Below, one piece after another: positions 1-12,183 of a stretch of 64,000 nucleotides of DNA. The notes beneath the pieces were generated by a model, which saw only the letters and a program-made list of their open reading frames with translations, was not told the origin of the DNA and made no database searches. Origin of the DNA: Mobula hypostoma (taxonomy: Eukaryota); assembly GCF_963921235.1 (NCBI RefSeq), contig NC_086120.1, positions 8,928,001 through 8,992,000 on the forward strand. Reading direction: 5' to 3'. Position 1 is the first letter of the stretch; the number at the start of each line of letters is the position of its first letter. A program made the position numbers and the translations under genes.

Positions 1-107
1 TTACAGAAAATTTTGTAAGTATTTTTCAAAAGTTTGTTTGGACAGAGTCTTGTCAGGAGGCATTTGATAAATTGAAAACTATAATATGTAGTCAACCAGT
101 ACTTAAA

Positions 108-3100
108 AGGACGGGTTACACTTGAATCCTAGGGGGACCAATATCCTGGCAGGGAGATTAGCGAGGGCTACTGAGGTGACTTTAAACTAGAATGGTTGGG
201 GGGTGGGAATCAAATTAAAGAGGCTAGGCGTGAGGAGGTTAGTTCACAACAGGGGGATGAGAACCAGTGCAGAGAGACAGAGGGGTGTAAAGTGAGGGTA
301 GAAGCAAAAAGTACTAAGGAGACAAGTAAAAGTGGCAGGCCAACAAATCCAGGGCAAGCATTAAAAAGGGCCACTTTTCAACATAATTGTATAAGGGCTA
401 AGAGAGTTTTAAAAGAGCGCCTGAAGGCTTTGTGTGTCAATGCAAGGAGCATTCGTAATAAGGTGGATGAATTGAAAGTGCAGATTGTTATTAATGATTA
501 TGATATAATTGGGATCACAGAGACATGGCTCCAGGGTGACCAAGGATGGGAGCTCAACGTTCAGGGATATTCAATATTCAGGAGGGATAGACATGAAGGA
601 AGGGGAGGTGGGGTGGCGTTGCTGGTTAAAGAAGAGATTAACGCAATAGAAAGGAAGGACATAAGCCGGGAAGATGTGGAATCGATATGGGTAGAGCTGC
701 GTAACACTAAGGGGCAGAAGACGCTGGTGGGAGTTGTGTACAGGCCATCTAACAGTAGTAGTGAGGTCGGAGATGGTATTAAACAGGAAATTAGAAATGT
801 GTGCAATAAAGGAACAGCAGTTACAATGGGTGACTTCAATCTACATGTAGATTGGGTGAACCAAATTGGTAAAGATGCTGAGGAAGAGGTTTTCTTGGAA
901 TGTATGCGGGATGGTTTTTTGAACCAACATGTCGAGGAACCAACTAGAGAGCAGGCTATTCTGGACTGGGTTTTGAACAATGAGGAAGGGTTAATTAGCA
1001 ATCTTGCCGTGAGAGGCCCCTTGGGTAAGAGTGACCATAATATGGTGGAATTCTTCATTAAGATGGAGAGTGACATAGTTAATTCAGAAACAAAGGTTCT
1101 GAACTTAAAGAAGGGTAACTTTGAAGGTGTGATACTTGAATTAGCTAAGATAGACTGGCAAATGATACTTAAAGAGTTGACGGTGGATATGCAATGGCAA
1201 GCATTTAAAGATTGCATGGATGAACTACAACAATTGTTCATCCCAGTTTGGCAAAAGAATAAATCAAGGAAGGTAATGCACCTGTGGCTGACAAGTGAAA
1301 TTAGGATTAGTATCAATTCCAAAGAAGAAGCATACAAACTCGTCAGAAAAGTAGCTCACCTGAGGACTGGGAGAAATTCAGAGTTCAGCAGAGGAGGACA
1401 AAGGGCTTAATTAGGAAGGGGAAAAAAGATTATGAGAGAAAACTGGTAGGGAACATAAAAACTGATTGTGAAAGCTTTTATAGATATATAAAAAGGAAAA
1501 GACTGGTAAAGACAAATGTTGGTCCCCGACAGACAGAAACAGGTGAATTGATCATGGGGAGCAAGGACATGGCAGACCAATTTAATAATTACTTTGGTTC
1601 TGTCTTCACTAAGGAGGACATAAATAATCTTCCAGAAATAGTAGGGGACAGAGGGTCCAGTGAGATGGAGGAACTGAGCGAAATACATGTTAGTAGGGAA
1701 GTGGTGTTAGGTAAATTGAAGGAATTGAAGGCAGGTAAATCCCCAGGGCCAGATGGTCTGCATGCTAGAGTGCTTAAGGAAGTAGCCCAAGAAATAGTGG
1801 ATGCATTAGTGATAATTTTTCAAAACTCATTAGATTCTGGACTAGTTCCTGAGGATTGGAGGGTGGCTAATGTAACCCCACTTTTTAAAAAAGGAGGGAG
1901 AGAGAAACCGGGGAATTATAGACCGGTTAGCCTAACGTCGGTGGTGGGGAAACTGCTGGAGTCAGTTATCAAAGATGTGATTACTGCACATTTGGAAAGC
2001 GGTGAAATCATCGGACAAAGTCAGCATGGATTTGTGAAAGGAAAATCATGTCTGACGAATCTCATAGAATTTTTTGAGGATGTAACTAGCAGAGTGGATA
2101 GGGGAGAAACAGTGGATGTGGTATATTTGGATTTTCAAAAGGCTTTTGACAAGGTCCCACACAGGAGATTAGTGTGCAAACTTAAAGCACACAGTATTGG
2201 GGGTAAGGTATTGATGTGGATAGAGAATTGGTTAGCAGACAGGAAGCAAAGAGTGGGAATAAACAGGACCTTTTCAGAATGGCAGGCGGTGACTAGTGGG
2301 GTACCGCAAGGCTCAGTGCTAGGACCCCAGTTGTTTACAATATATACTAATGACTTGGATGAGCGAATTAAATGCAGCATCTCCAAGTTTGCGGATGACA
2401 CGAAGCTGGGTGGCAGTGTTAGCTGTGAGGAGGATGCTAAGAGGATGCAGAGTGACTTGGATAGGTTGGGTGAGTGGGCAAATTCATGGCAGATGCAATT
2501 TAATGTGGATAAATGTGAAGTTATCCACTTTGGTGGCAAAAATAGGAAAACAGATTATTATCTGAATGGTGGCCGATTAGGAAAAGGGGAGGTGCAACGA
2601 GACCTGGGTGTCATTATACACCAGTCATTGAAAGTGGGCATGCAGGTACAGCAGGCGGTGAAAAAGGCGAATGGTATGCTGGCATTTATAGCAAGAGGAT
2701 TCGAGTACAGGAGCAGGGAGGTACTACTGCAGTTGTACAAGGCCTTGGTGAGACCACCCCTGGAGTATTGTGTGCAGTTTTGGTCCCCTAATCTGAGGAA
2801 AGACATCCTTGCCATAGAGGGAGTACAAAGAAGGTTCATCAGATTGATTCCTGGGATGGCAGAACTTTCATATGAAGAAAGACTGGATGAACTGGGCTTG
2901 TACTCGTTGGAATTTAGAAGATTGAGGGGGGATCTGATTGAAACGTATAAAATCCTAAAGGGATTGGACAGGCTAGATGCAGGAAGATTGTTCCCGATGT
3001 TGGGGAAGTCCAGAACAAGGGGTCACAGTTTGAGGATAAAGGGGAAGCCTTTTAGGACCGAGATTTGGAAAAACTTCTTCACACAGAGAGTGGTGAATCT

Positions 3101-3322
3101 GTGGAATTCTCTGCCACAGGAAACAGTTGAGGCCAGTTCATTGGCTATATTTAAGAGGGAGTTAGATATGGCCCTTGTGGCTACGGGGATCAGGGGGTAT
3201 GGAGGGAAGGCTTGGGCAGGGTTCTGAGTTGGATGATCAGCCATGATCATAATAAATGGCGGTGCAGGCTTGAAGGGCCGAATGGCCTACTCCTGCACCT
3301 ATTTTCTATGCCTATGTCTATG
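108..3322 (+). mobile_element. CR1 LINE, young family 1, 5'-truncated within ORF1
   Basis: ORF1 esterase C-terminus KDGLHLNPRGTNILAGRLA..LN* (to 190), APE and RT domains, 3' (TTCTATG)-like tail; flanked by TTAAA duplication (103-107 / 3323-3327). Confidence 0.95.
196..3227 (+). pseudogene. CR1 ORF2 (APE endonuclease + reverse transcriptase), one frameshift near 1349
   Basis: NARS, GITETW, GDFN and SDH endonuclease motifs in 196-1410; PQGSVLGP and FADD RT motifs in 1548-3227. The intervening sequence is open in the second frame after a 1-nt loss relative to sister copies. Confidence 0.9.
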
Positions 3323-3927
3323 TTAAATCTCCTGACTTTGAAAAACTATTTTCGTTAGCTGTAGATGCTAGTGATGAAGTTGCAGGAGCAGTGTCAGTTC
3401 GAAGAGATGATGGTCATGAAGTTGATCATCCGGTAGCTTATTTTTCTGAGAGATTTAATGCCCATCAAAAAAAATTATTCAACAATAGAAAAAGAATTGT
3501 TACCTCTTGTTTTGGCTTTACAACATTTTGAAGTGTATGTTGGTACTACTCATAAACCACTCACAGTTTATACCGATCACAATCCTTTAGTGTTTTTGAG
3601 TAAGATGAAAAACAAAAATAGGAGACTATTAAATTGGAGTATAATGTTTCAGGAATACAATATTTTGATCACTCATATCAAGGGTAAAGATAATGTGACC
3701 GCTGATTGCCTGTCTAGATGTTAAATGTACAATGAAAAATTTGATTTTTATGGAGTTGTGTATTAACATTTGTAACACTCCTACTGTACATTAGTTTGTA
3801 AAGTGCTGAAAGATAGGACTGTATATATTGTGTATGTTGTAAATTTTATACCTTTGTATTTTTTTGTATAAATTGTTAATTGTAAAATTTTGTCTTTAAG
3901 AGACCAAAATTTTATTTTGGAGGGAGG

Positions 3928-4799
3928 CGTTACATGCCTCAAGAAGATATGTGATTTTTTTTCAGAGAATGGTGTAATGCTCTTTTGGAGGTCACCTGAT
4001 GTAATTTTCCTGCTGATGTGAGGTCACGTGATGACATGTGCACCACGGGTATTTAAGGGTAAACCCCAGATGACGCAGTTAGTTTTTAGATTTCCAGCTA
4101 GAATGTACTGTGTCTCTGTTTCTGTTGCGTATTTGTATTTATGTCGCATTTTCATTTTTTTAAATGGTTGTTCTGTTCTGTTGCAAGGAATAATATTGCT
4201 GGACCGAAATTTTTGCTAGATGTGTTGATCTACTTTATTCTAGCAGTCTTACGGGAGAGTGAAGACTTTATCGAAGTACAGGACCCGAAGGATTGAGAGG
4301 AGTTGGTTTCATTTGGCAGTTTAACAATGGATTGACCATACTGAGTCTTCGTTGAAGGAGTAGCGACCTGCATCGCAGGTAACTCTTGCCAAAAGAGCAA
4401 AGAGTTCATGCAAGGTTGGCTTTCTCTAGAATTTAAGTTCAGATGTTTTAAACTGTTTATTTACTGCATCGTGAATCCTTTGGACAGAGCCAATAGGAAA
4501 GTCGCGTCTATGAAGAAATCCTTCTCCAGAGAAGTCTCTCCCAATTGAACATATAAATCTGTTGGACTTTTGAATTTACCATTTTATGAACTATATCTGA
4601 CTTTGCCGCTTCAGGAGCTGTTTTGGCATTTAATGCTTTAATAACCAGTGCCAAGTGATGATTTGTTGAATGGCTGCATAGCGGTAAACTTCCGGATAAG
4701 GTTTTCATTTTTTTAATTGTTTATCCGTGTTTAATAAATGTTTAGTTGTTTTTATATAACCTGTCTCATTTGATATTCATTGTTGCCGGTTACGTAACA
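3928..4799 (+). repeat. 3' LTR of the Gypsy element (872 bp)
   Basis: Follows the PPT; termini (C)GTTAC...GTAACA (inverted, first T changed to C); AATAAA at 4733-4738. Confidence 0.75.
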
Positions 4800-5289
4800 C
4801 TTGATGTGCAACAAACAAAACTGAGAATGGGATAACTGTATAATGGTCCATATTTACCATTGTCATACACAGGATATATAAAATCTTCCTTCATTAAATA
4901 CGTGTTTATTGAAATACACACACAATTCATGAGTTTGTGACTTTCAGATCAAGCATATTCCTCACTTGTCTGGTCTTGGCTTGCTAGAATCTAAAGCAAG
5001 ACATAGATGGCAGGTTTGCTCTCCAAGGAAAGCAATGTGGTCAGAACAGACAAGGTAGAGTGGGAGCATTAAGAGTTTGGTGGAAGGATCATGAGACTCG
5101 AATGTGAATTCCCCACTGGAATGGCCAGTCCTGACATCCCCTCCCTCGTTGATAAAAGTAAAGAAGTTTGGTTGGGTGGGTTTGCTTCCAGGAGTTCTGT
5201 CTCCTGAGAAATGCATTGCCACCTTTATGACAGAGAGGTGTGCTCACACCACGGTATCCCATTATTTATATACCTATTGAGATACAGCA

Positions 5290-5500
5290 TGGAGTAGCCC
5301 TTCCAGCCCTTCGAGCCAGTCCACACAGCAGTCCACCAATTGGTGGACACATTGGACAATCTGCAAAGACCAATTACCCTACCAGCTGAAACATTTTTGG
5401 ACTATGGGCCGAGGGAGAAGCACCCAGAGGAAACCCAGGCAGTCACAGGGAGAATGTGCAAACTCCAAACAGACAGCATCAGCAACTGAACCCCAGTTGT
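5290..5500 (-). mobile_element. V-SINE (HE1-like) core remnant
   Basis: Reverse complement reads TGGAGTTTGCACATTCTCCCTGTGACTGCCTGGGTTTCCTCTGGGTGCT, resembling the vertebrate V-SINE central domain (recalled, not searched). Confidence 0.55.
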
Positions 5501-5699
5501 CTGCACTTCCAGTGTTATCAGACTTTTTATTCGTTGTGCAGCTGTTCCTTCAACATTATTATGAATCATGTTTACATGAGTTCTTGATATAATCTCAGAC
5601 TCAGTTTGCATTAAAGATCTGTCCTGACTCAGCCCTGAATCTATTCAATGATTCAGCTTCTCTTGTTTTCTGGATCCATATTTGCCAGATTTTTAAAAA

Positions 5700-6620
5700 T
5701 ATACAGAGGTGCACTGATCCACAGAACCTGACTAGGTACATCCAAGAACACTGTGGGCGGCTGCTGAAGAAATTAGAAACCATTGTTCAGATATTGCTTC
5801 ATTGTTAGCCGTGGAGAACTGCTAGTAAATAGACTGGATGGTAGCAAATGCTGTGCATATATTAAAGAAGAGTAGCAAGGAATACTGGGATCTATACACC
5901 AGTAAGTCTTACATCTGGGGCAGGTAAATGACTGGAGATGATTCTATGGGATAAGAGATCCCTACACCTTCAAACACAGGGCTTGGTTAAAGGCATCAGC
6001 ATGGCTTTGTGCATGGGAGTTCATGTCTTATGAATTTTACTGAGATTTTTTGATGATGCAATGAAGAATGTCAGTGAGGGCAAGGCCATGGTGTCATTTA
6101 TATGAACTTCACTAAGTCTTTAACGTTCCATCTATTTGGCTGCTCTGGAAGGATATTTCACATGGAATCCAGGAAGAGCTGGCTAACTGAAGACACAATT
6201 GGTCTGATGGGAAAAAGGGGAAGTGCAAACAAAGTGGAGGATTGTTTCTCAGTCTGGTTGCCCATGATTAGTGGTGTGACTCAGGTGATGGTGCAGGGCC
6301 CATTGTTGTTTGTCATCTATGTCAACAATTTGAATAATTACATGCAAGACATGACTAATAAGTTTGCAGTTGACAGTAAAATAGGTGGTATAGTAGACAA
6401 TGAAGAAAATCAACCAAAATTACAGGGGCAGCTTGATCAGCTGGGATAAAGGATGTCAAATGGAGTTTACTTTGGATAAGTGCAAGACATTACATTTTCA
6501 AGATCAAATCTTGGTAGGACTTTCACATGAATGGGGATTGTTGGTGAACAGTTGGAGTGAAAGTACAAGGTTTGAAAGTGGAGTCACAGGTAGACAAGAT
6601 GGGAAAGAAGGCTTTTGGCG
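5700..6620 (+). mobile_element. Old, heavily degraded CR1 RT fragment
   Basis: Residual QGPLLFVIYVN and NKFAVD motifs with many stops and indels. Confidence 0.65.
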
Positions 6621-9600
6621 TTATGAAATTGGGAGGCGATTTTGGGAAGGTGAAAAAATACCAGGGTTGTTATCATAGGTGACTTTTACTTCCCTAATAT
6701 TGATTCGCACCTAATTAGTTCCAAGGGTTCAGATGGGGCAGAGTTTGTTAAGTGTGTCCAGGACGGATTCCTGTCACAATGTGTGGACAGGCCGACTGCG
6801 AGGAATAGAAAACATAGAAAATAGGTGCAGGAGTAGGCCATTCGGCCCTTCGAGCCTGCACCGCCATTCAGTATGATCATGGCTGATCATCCAACTCAGA
6901 ACCCTGCACCAGCCTTCCCTCCATACCCCCTGATCCCTTTAGCCACAAGGGCCATATCTAACTCCCTCTTAAATATAGCTAATGAACTGGCCTCAACTGT
7001 TTCCTGTGGCAGAGAATTCCACAGATTCACCACTCTCTGTGTGAAGAAGTTTTTCCTAATCTCGGTCCTAAAAGGGTTCCCCTTTATCCTCAAACTGTGA
7101 CCCCTCATTCTGGACCTCCCCAACATCGAGAACAATCTTCCTGCATCTAGCCTGTCCAATCCCTTTAGGATTTTATACGTTTCAATCAGATCTCCCCTCA
7201 ATCTTCTAAATTCCAACGAGTATAAGCCTCGTTCATCCAGTCTTTCATCATATGCAAGTCCTGCCATCCCAGGAATCAATCTGGTGAACCTTTGTACTCC
7301 CTCTATGGCAAGGATGTCTTTCCTCAGATTAGGGGACCAAAACTGCACACAATACTCCAGGTGTGGTCTCACCAAGGCCTTGTACACTGCAGTAGTACCT
7401 CCCTGCTCCTGTACTCGAATCCTCTTGCTATAAATGCCAGCATACCATTCGCCTTTTTCACCGCCTGCTGTACCTGCATGCCCACTTTCAATGACTGGTG
7501 TATAATGACACCCAGGTCTCGTTGCACCTCCCCTTTTCCTAATCGGCCACCATTCAGATAATAATCTGTTTTCCTGTTTTTGCCACCAAAGTGGATAACT
7601 TCACATTTATCCACATTAAATTTCATCTGCCATGAATTTCCCCACTCACCTAACCTATCCAAGTCACCCTGCATCCTGTTAGCATCCTTCTCACAGCTAA
7701 CACTGCCGCCCAGCTTTGTGTCATCCGGAAACTTGGAGATGCTGCTTTTAATTCCCTCATCCAAGTCATTAATATATATTGTAAACAACTGGGGTCCCAG
7801 CACTGAGCCTTGCAGTACCCCACTAGTCACTGCCTGCCATTCTGAAAAGGTCCCGTTTATTCCCACTCTTTGCTTCCTGTCTGTCAACCAATTCTCAATG
7901 CACATCAATACCTTACCCCCCAATAGCCTGTGCTTTAAGTTTGCACACTAATCTCCTGTGTGGAACCTTGTCAAAAGCCTTTTGAAAATCCAAATACACC
8001 ACATCCACTGGTTCTCCCCTATCCACTCTACTAGTTACATCCTCAAAAAATTCTATGAGATTCGTCAGACATGATTTTCTTTTCACAAATCCATGCTGAC
8101 TTTGTCAGATGATTTCACTGCTTTCCAAATGTGCAGTAATCACATCTTTGATAACTGACTCTCGCATTTTCCCACCACCGATGTCAGGCTAACTGGTCTA
8201 TAATTCCCTGGTTTCTCGCTCCCTCTTTTTTTAAAAAGTGGGGTTACATTAGCCACCCTCCAATCCTCAGGAACTAGTCCAGAATCTAAAGAGTATTGAA
8301 AAATTATCACTAATGCATCCACTATTTCTTGGGCTACTTCCTTAAGCACTCTGGGATGCAGACCATCTGGCCCTGGGGATTTATCTGCCTTTAATCCCTT
8401 CAATTCACCTAACAACACTTCCCAACTAACATGTATTTCTCTCAGTTCCTCCATCTCACTGGACCCTCTGTCCCCGACTATTTCCAGAAGATTATTTATG
8501 TGCTCCTTAGTGAAGACAGAACCAAAGTAATTATTCAATTGGTCTGCCATGTCCTTGCTCCCCAAAATCAATTCACCTGTTTCTGTCTGTAAGGGACCTA
8601 CATTTGTCTTAACCAATCTTTTTTCTTTTCACATATCTATAAAAACTTTTACAATCAGTTTTTATGTTCCCCACCAGTTTTCTCTCATAATCTTTTTCCC
8701 CTTTCCTAATTAAGCCCTTTGTCCTCCTCTGCTGAACTCTGAATTTCTCCCAGTCCTCAGGTGAGCCACTATTTCTGGCTAATTTGTATGCTTCTTCTTT
8801 GGAATGCCATACTACATCTAGTACTAGGTAATGAACAGGGTCAGGTCACAGATCTCTCAGTGGGTGAGCATCTGGGGGACAGTGACCACCGCTCCCTGGC
8901 CTTTAGCATTATCATGGAAAAGGATAGAATCAGAGAGGACAGGAAAATTTTTAATTGGGGAAGGGCAAATTATGAGGCTATAATGCTAGAACTTGCGGGT
9001 GTGAATTGGGATGATGTTTTTGCAGGGAAATGTACTATGGACATGTGGTCGATGTTTAGGGTTCTCTTGCAGGATGTTAGGGATAAATTTGTCCCAGTGA
9101 GGAAGATAAAGAATGGTAGGGTGAAGGAACCATGGGTGACAAGTCAGGTGGAAAATCTAGTGAGGTGGAAGAAGGCAGCATACATGAGATTTAGGAAGCA
9201 AGGATCAGATGGGTCTATTGAGGAATGTAGGGAAGCAAGAGAGGATCTTCAGAAGGGGCTGAAAAGAGCAAGAAGGGGGCACGAGAAGGCCTTGGCGAGT
9301 AGGGTAAAGGAAAACCCCAGGGCATTCTTCAATTATGTGAAGAAAAAAAGGATGACAGGAGTGAAGGTAGGACAGATTAGAGAAAAAGGTGGGAAGGTGT
9401 GCCTGGAGGCTGTGGAAGTGAGCGAGGTCCTCAATGAATACTTCTCTTCAGTATTCACCAATGAGAGGGAACTTGAAGATGGTGAGGACAATATGAGTGA
9501 GGTTGATGTTCTGGAGCATGTTGATATTAAGGGAGAGGAGGTGCTCGAGTTATTAAAATACATTAGGACAGATAAGCCCCCGGGTCCTGACGGAATATTC

Positions 9601-11130
9601 CCCAGGATGCTCCACGAGGCGAGGGAGGAGTTTGCTGAGCCTCTGGCTAGAACCTTTATGTCCTCGTTGTCCACGGGAATGGTACCAGAGGATTGGAGGG
9701 AGGTGAATGTTGTCCTCTTGTTCAAAAAAGGTAGTAAGGATAGTCCAGGTAATTATAGACTTGTGAGCCTTACGTCTGTGGTGGGAAAGCTGTTGGAAAA
9801 TATTCTTAGAGATAGGATCTATGGGCATTTGGAGAATCATGGTCTGATCAGGGCAGTCAGCATGGCTTTGTGAAGGGCAGATCGTGTCTGACAAGCCTGA
9901 TAGAGTTCTTTGAGGAGGTGACCAGACATATAGATGAGGGTAGTGCGGTGGATGTGATCTACATGGATTTTAGTAAGGCATTTGACAAGGTTCCACATGG
10001 TAGACATATTCAGAAAGTCAGAAGGCATGGGATCCGGGGAAGTTTGGCCAGGTGGATTCAGAATTGGCTTGCCTGCAGAAGGCAGAGGGTTGTGGTGGAG
10101 GGAGTACATTCAGATTGGAGGATTGTAACTAGTGATGTCCCACAAGGATCTGTCCTGGGACCTCTACTTTTCGTGATTTTTATTAATGACCTAGATGTGG
10201 GGGTAGAAGTGTGGGTTGTCAAGTTTGCAGATGACAGAAAGGTTGGTGGTGTTGTAGATAGTGTAGAGGATTGTCGAAGATTGCAGAGAGACATTGATAG
10301 GATGCAGAAGTGGGCTGAGAAGTGGCAGATGGAGTTCAACCTGGAGAAGTGTGAGGTGGTACACTTTGGAAGGACAAACTCCAAGGCAGAGTACAAACTA
10401 AATGGCAGGATACTTGGTAGTGTGGAGGAGCAGAGGGATCTGGGGGTAAATGTCCACAGATCCCTGAAATTTGCCTCACAGGTGGATAGGGTAGTTAAGA
10501 AAGCTTATGGGGTGTTCGCTTTCATAAGTCGAGGGATAGAGTTTAAGAGTCGCGATGTAATGATGCAGCTCCATAAAACTCTGGTTAGGCAACACTTGGA
10601 ATACTGTGTCCAGTTCTGGTTGATTCACTATAGAAAGGATGTGGAAGCATTGGAAAGGGTACAGAGGAGATTTACCAGGATGCTGCCTGGTTTAGAGAGT
10701 ACGCGTTATGATCAGAGATTAAGGGAGCTAGGGCTTTATTCTTTGGAGAGAAGGAGGATGAGAAGAGACATGATAGAGGAGTACAAGATAATAAGAGGAA
10801 TAGATAGAGTGGATAGCCAGGGCCTCTTCCCCAGGGCACCACTGCTCAATTCAAGAGGACGTGGCTTTAAGGTAAGGTGAGGGAAGTTCAAGGGAGATAT
10901 TAGAGGAAGGTGTTTTACTCAGAGAGTGGTTGGTGCATGGAATGCTCTGCCTGAGTCAGTGGTGGAGGCAGATACACTAGTGAAATTTAAGAGACTACTA
11001 GACAGGTATATGGAGGAATTTAAGGTGGGGAGTTATATGGGCGGCAGGGTTTCAGGGTTGGCACAACATTGTGTGCCGAAGGGCCTGTACTGTGCTGTAC
11101 TATTCTATGTTCTATGTCCTATGTTCTATA
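6620..11130 (+). mobile_element. CR1 LINE family 2 (endonuclease C-terminus + RT), interrupted by a family-1 CR1 at 6807-8800
   Basis: GDFYFPNID...FLSQCVDRPTARN|AILHLVLGNE...GDSDH reads through once the insert is removed; RT in 8761-10880 (PQGSVLGP, FADD); (TTCTATG)n tail near 11105-11130. Confidence 0.9.
6807..8800 (-). mobile_element. CR1 family 1, 5'-truncated, nested in the family-2 CR1
   Basis: Near-identical to 1330-3320 on the opposite strand; GGAAT duplicated at 6802-6806 and 8801-8805. Confidence 0.95.
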
Positions 11131-12183
11131 AGTCAGGTCACTTATGAAGTTGGGAGGCCATGGTGTGTTTGTGGAGGATGCCACTGTGGTTGTACTTGGA
11201 GTATTGTGCAAAATTTTGGATGCACTGCTATAGGAAAGATAAAATTAAACAGTGAAGACTGCTGAAAAGATTTACTGGTTGTGAAATCTTGAGAGTCTGT
11301 GTTATGGGCAGAGATTAGTCAGAGTAGAACTGAGAGGTGATTATATAGAGGTGTACATGATCATGAAGGGTGAATGTACTCAACATTTTTTCCAAGGATG
11401 TGGAATTAAGAACAAGAATATACAAGTTTAAGGTGAGAGGGAACACCTTGCACAACATTGCTGAGGCTCATCACCAACGATGCTGAGACAGCCTACGGAC
11501 TGGAGGTGGGAGAGTTCGAGGCCTGCTGCCAGCCAGATAAACTTCTTTATACACACACTGTGGCATCTATGTGAAATGAGCTAACAGAAGAAGGGGTTCA
11601 TCACATGTACAAGAACAACTTTTATTACCAGTTTGACAAGTACATGGTTTGGAAATGTTCAGAATGTTTTGGGCCAAACTCTGGGAAATAGGACTAACTG
11701 GGATGGAAGTACCAATCAATATGGACAAACTGAGGCAAAGAGGCTGGGACTGTGCAGTAGAACTCTATGAAACTTATTTATTCAGGTTAGCTCATCCCCT
11801 CCATTTGACACTTTTCAATTGGCTAGACCCAATGGCATCTTTCTCCCATGGGTGTTGCCATTTACCAGATACTGAAGTAGCCGTATACTGTACACAGCGT
11901 GGTTACAAAAGGACTCAGGCATCCTCCTTCAACTTTTTTGATACAATTGACAAATGCATCAGTACTGTATTCTGATTTCATGCGGAACTTATCAATGTCT
12001 TCATCTTTGCCACCTACTTCGACACTGCCCTTAAATAATAATAATAATATGTTATCACCAGCAGCATTTCTGGTGAAAGAAATTAATTTTGGAGGAGAGA
12101 CACTAATATAATTTTTTCTGAGTTACACATACTCTCCTCTTCTGCTCTTCTATGAGAACCGATTATTTCAGATGTTACCACTT

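Larger units (their letters stand above)
1..4799 (+). mobile_element. 3' part of a Gypsy LTR retrotransposon (probably Gmr1-like): RT connection/RNase H, 3' UTR, PPT, 3' LTR; split by a CR1 at 108-3322
   Basis: Removing the CR1 rejoins FVWTESCQEAFDKLKTIICSQPVLK|SPDFEKLFSLAVDASD...YSTIEKELL...VYTDHNPL...HIKGKDNVTADCLSRC* (one frameshift near 3470; stop at 3724). Purine tract GGAGGGAGG at 3919-3927 precedes the LTR. Confidence 0.85.

Noticed and set aside
561-1337. Long antisense ORFs in CR1 copies (also 2135-2539, 7580-7951, 60111-60701 and others)
   Set aside because: Shadows of the CR1 coding strand, repeated in each copy, with no independent motifs.
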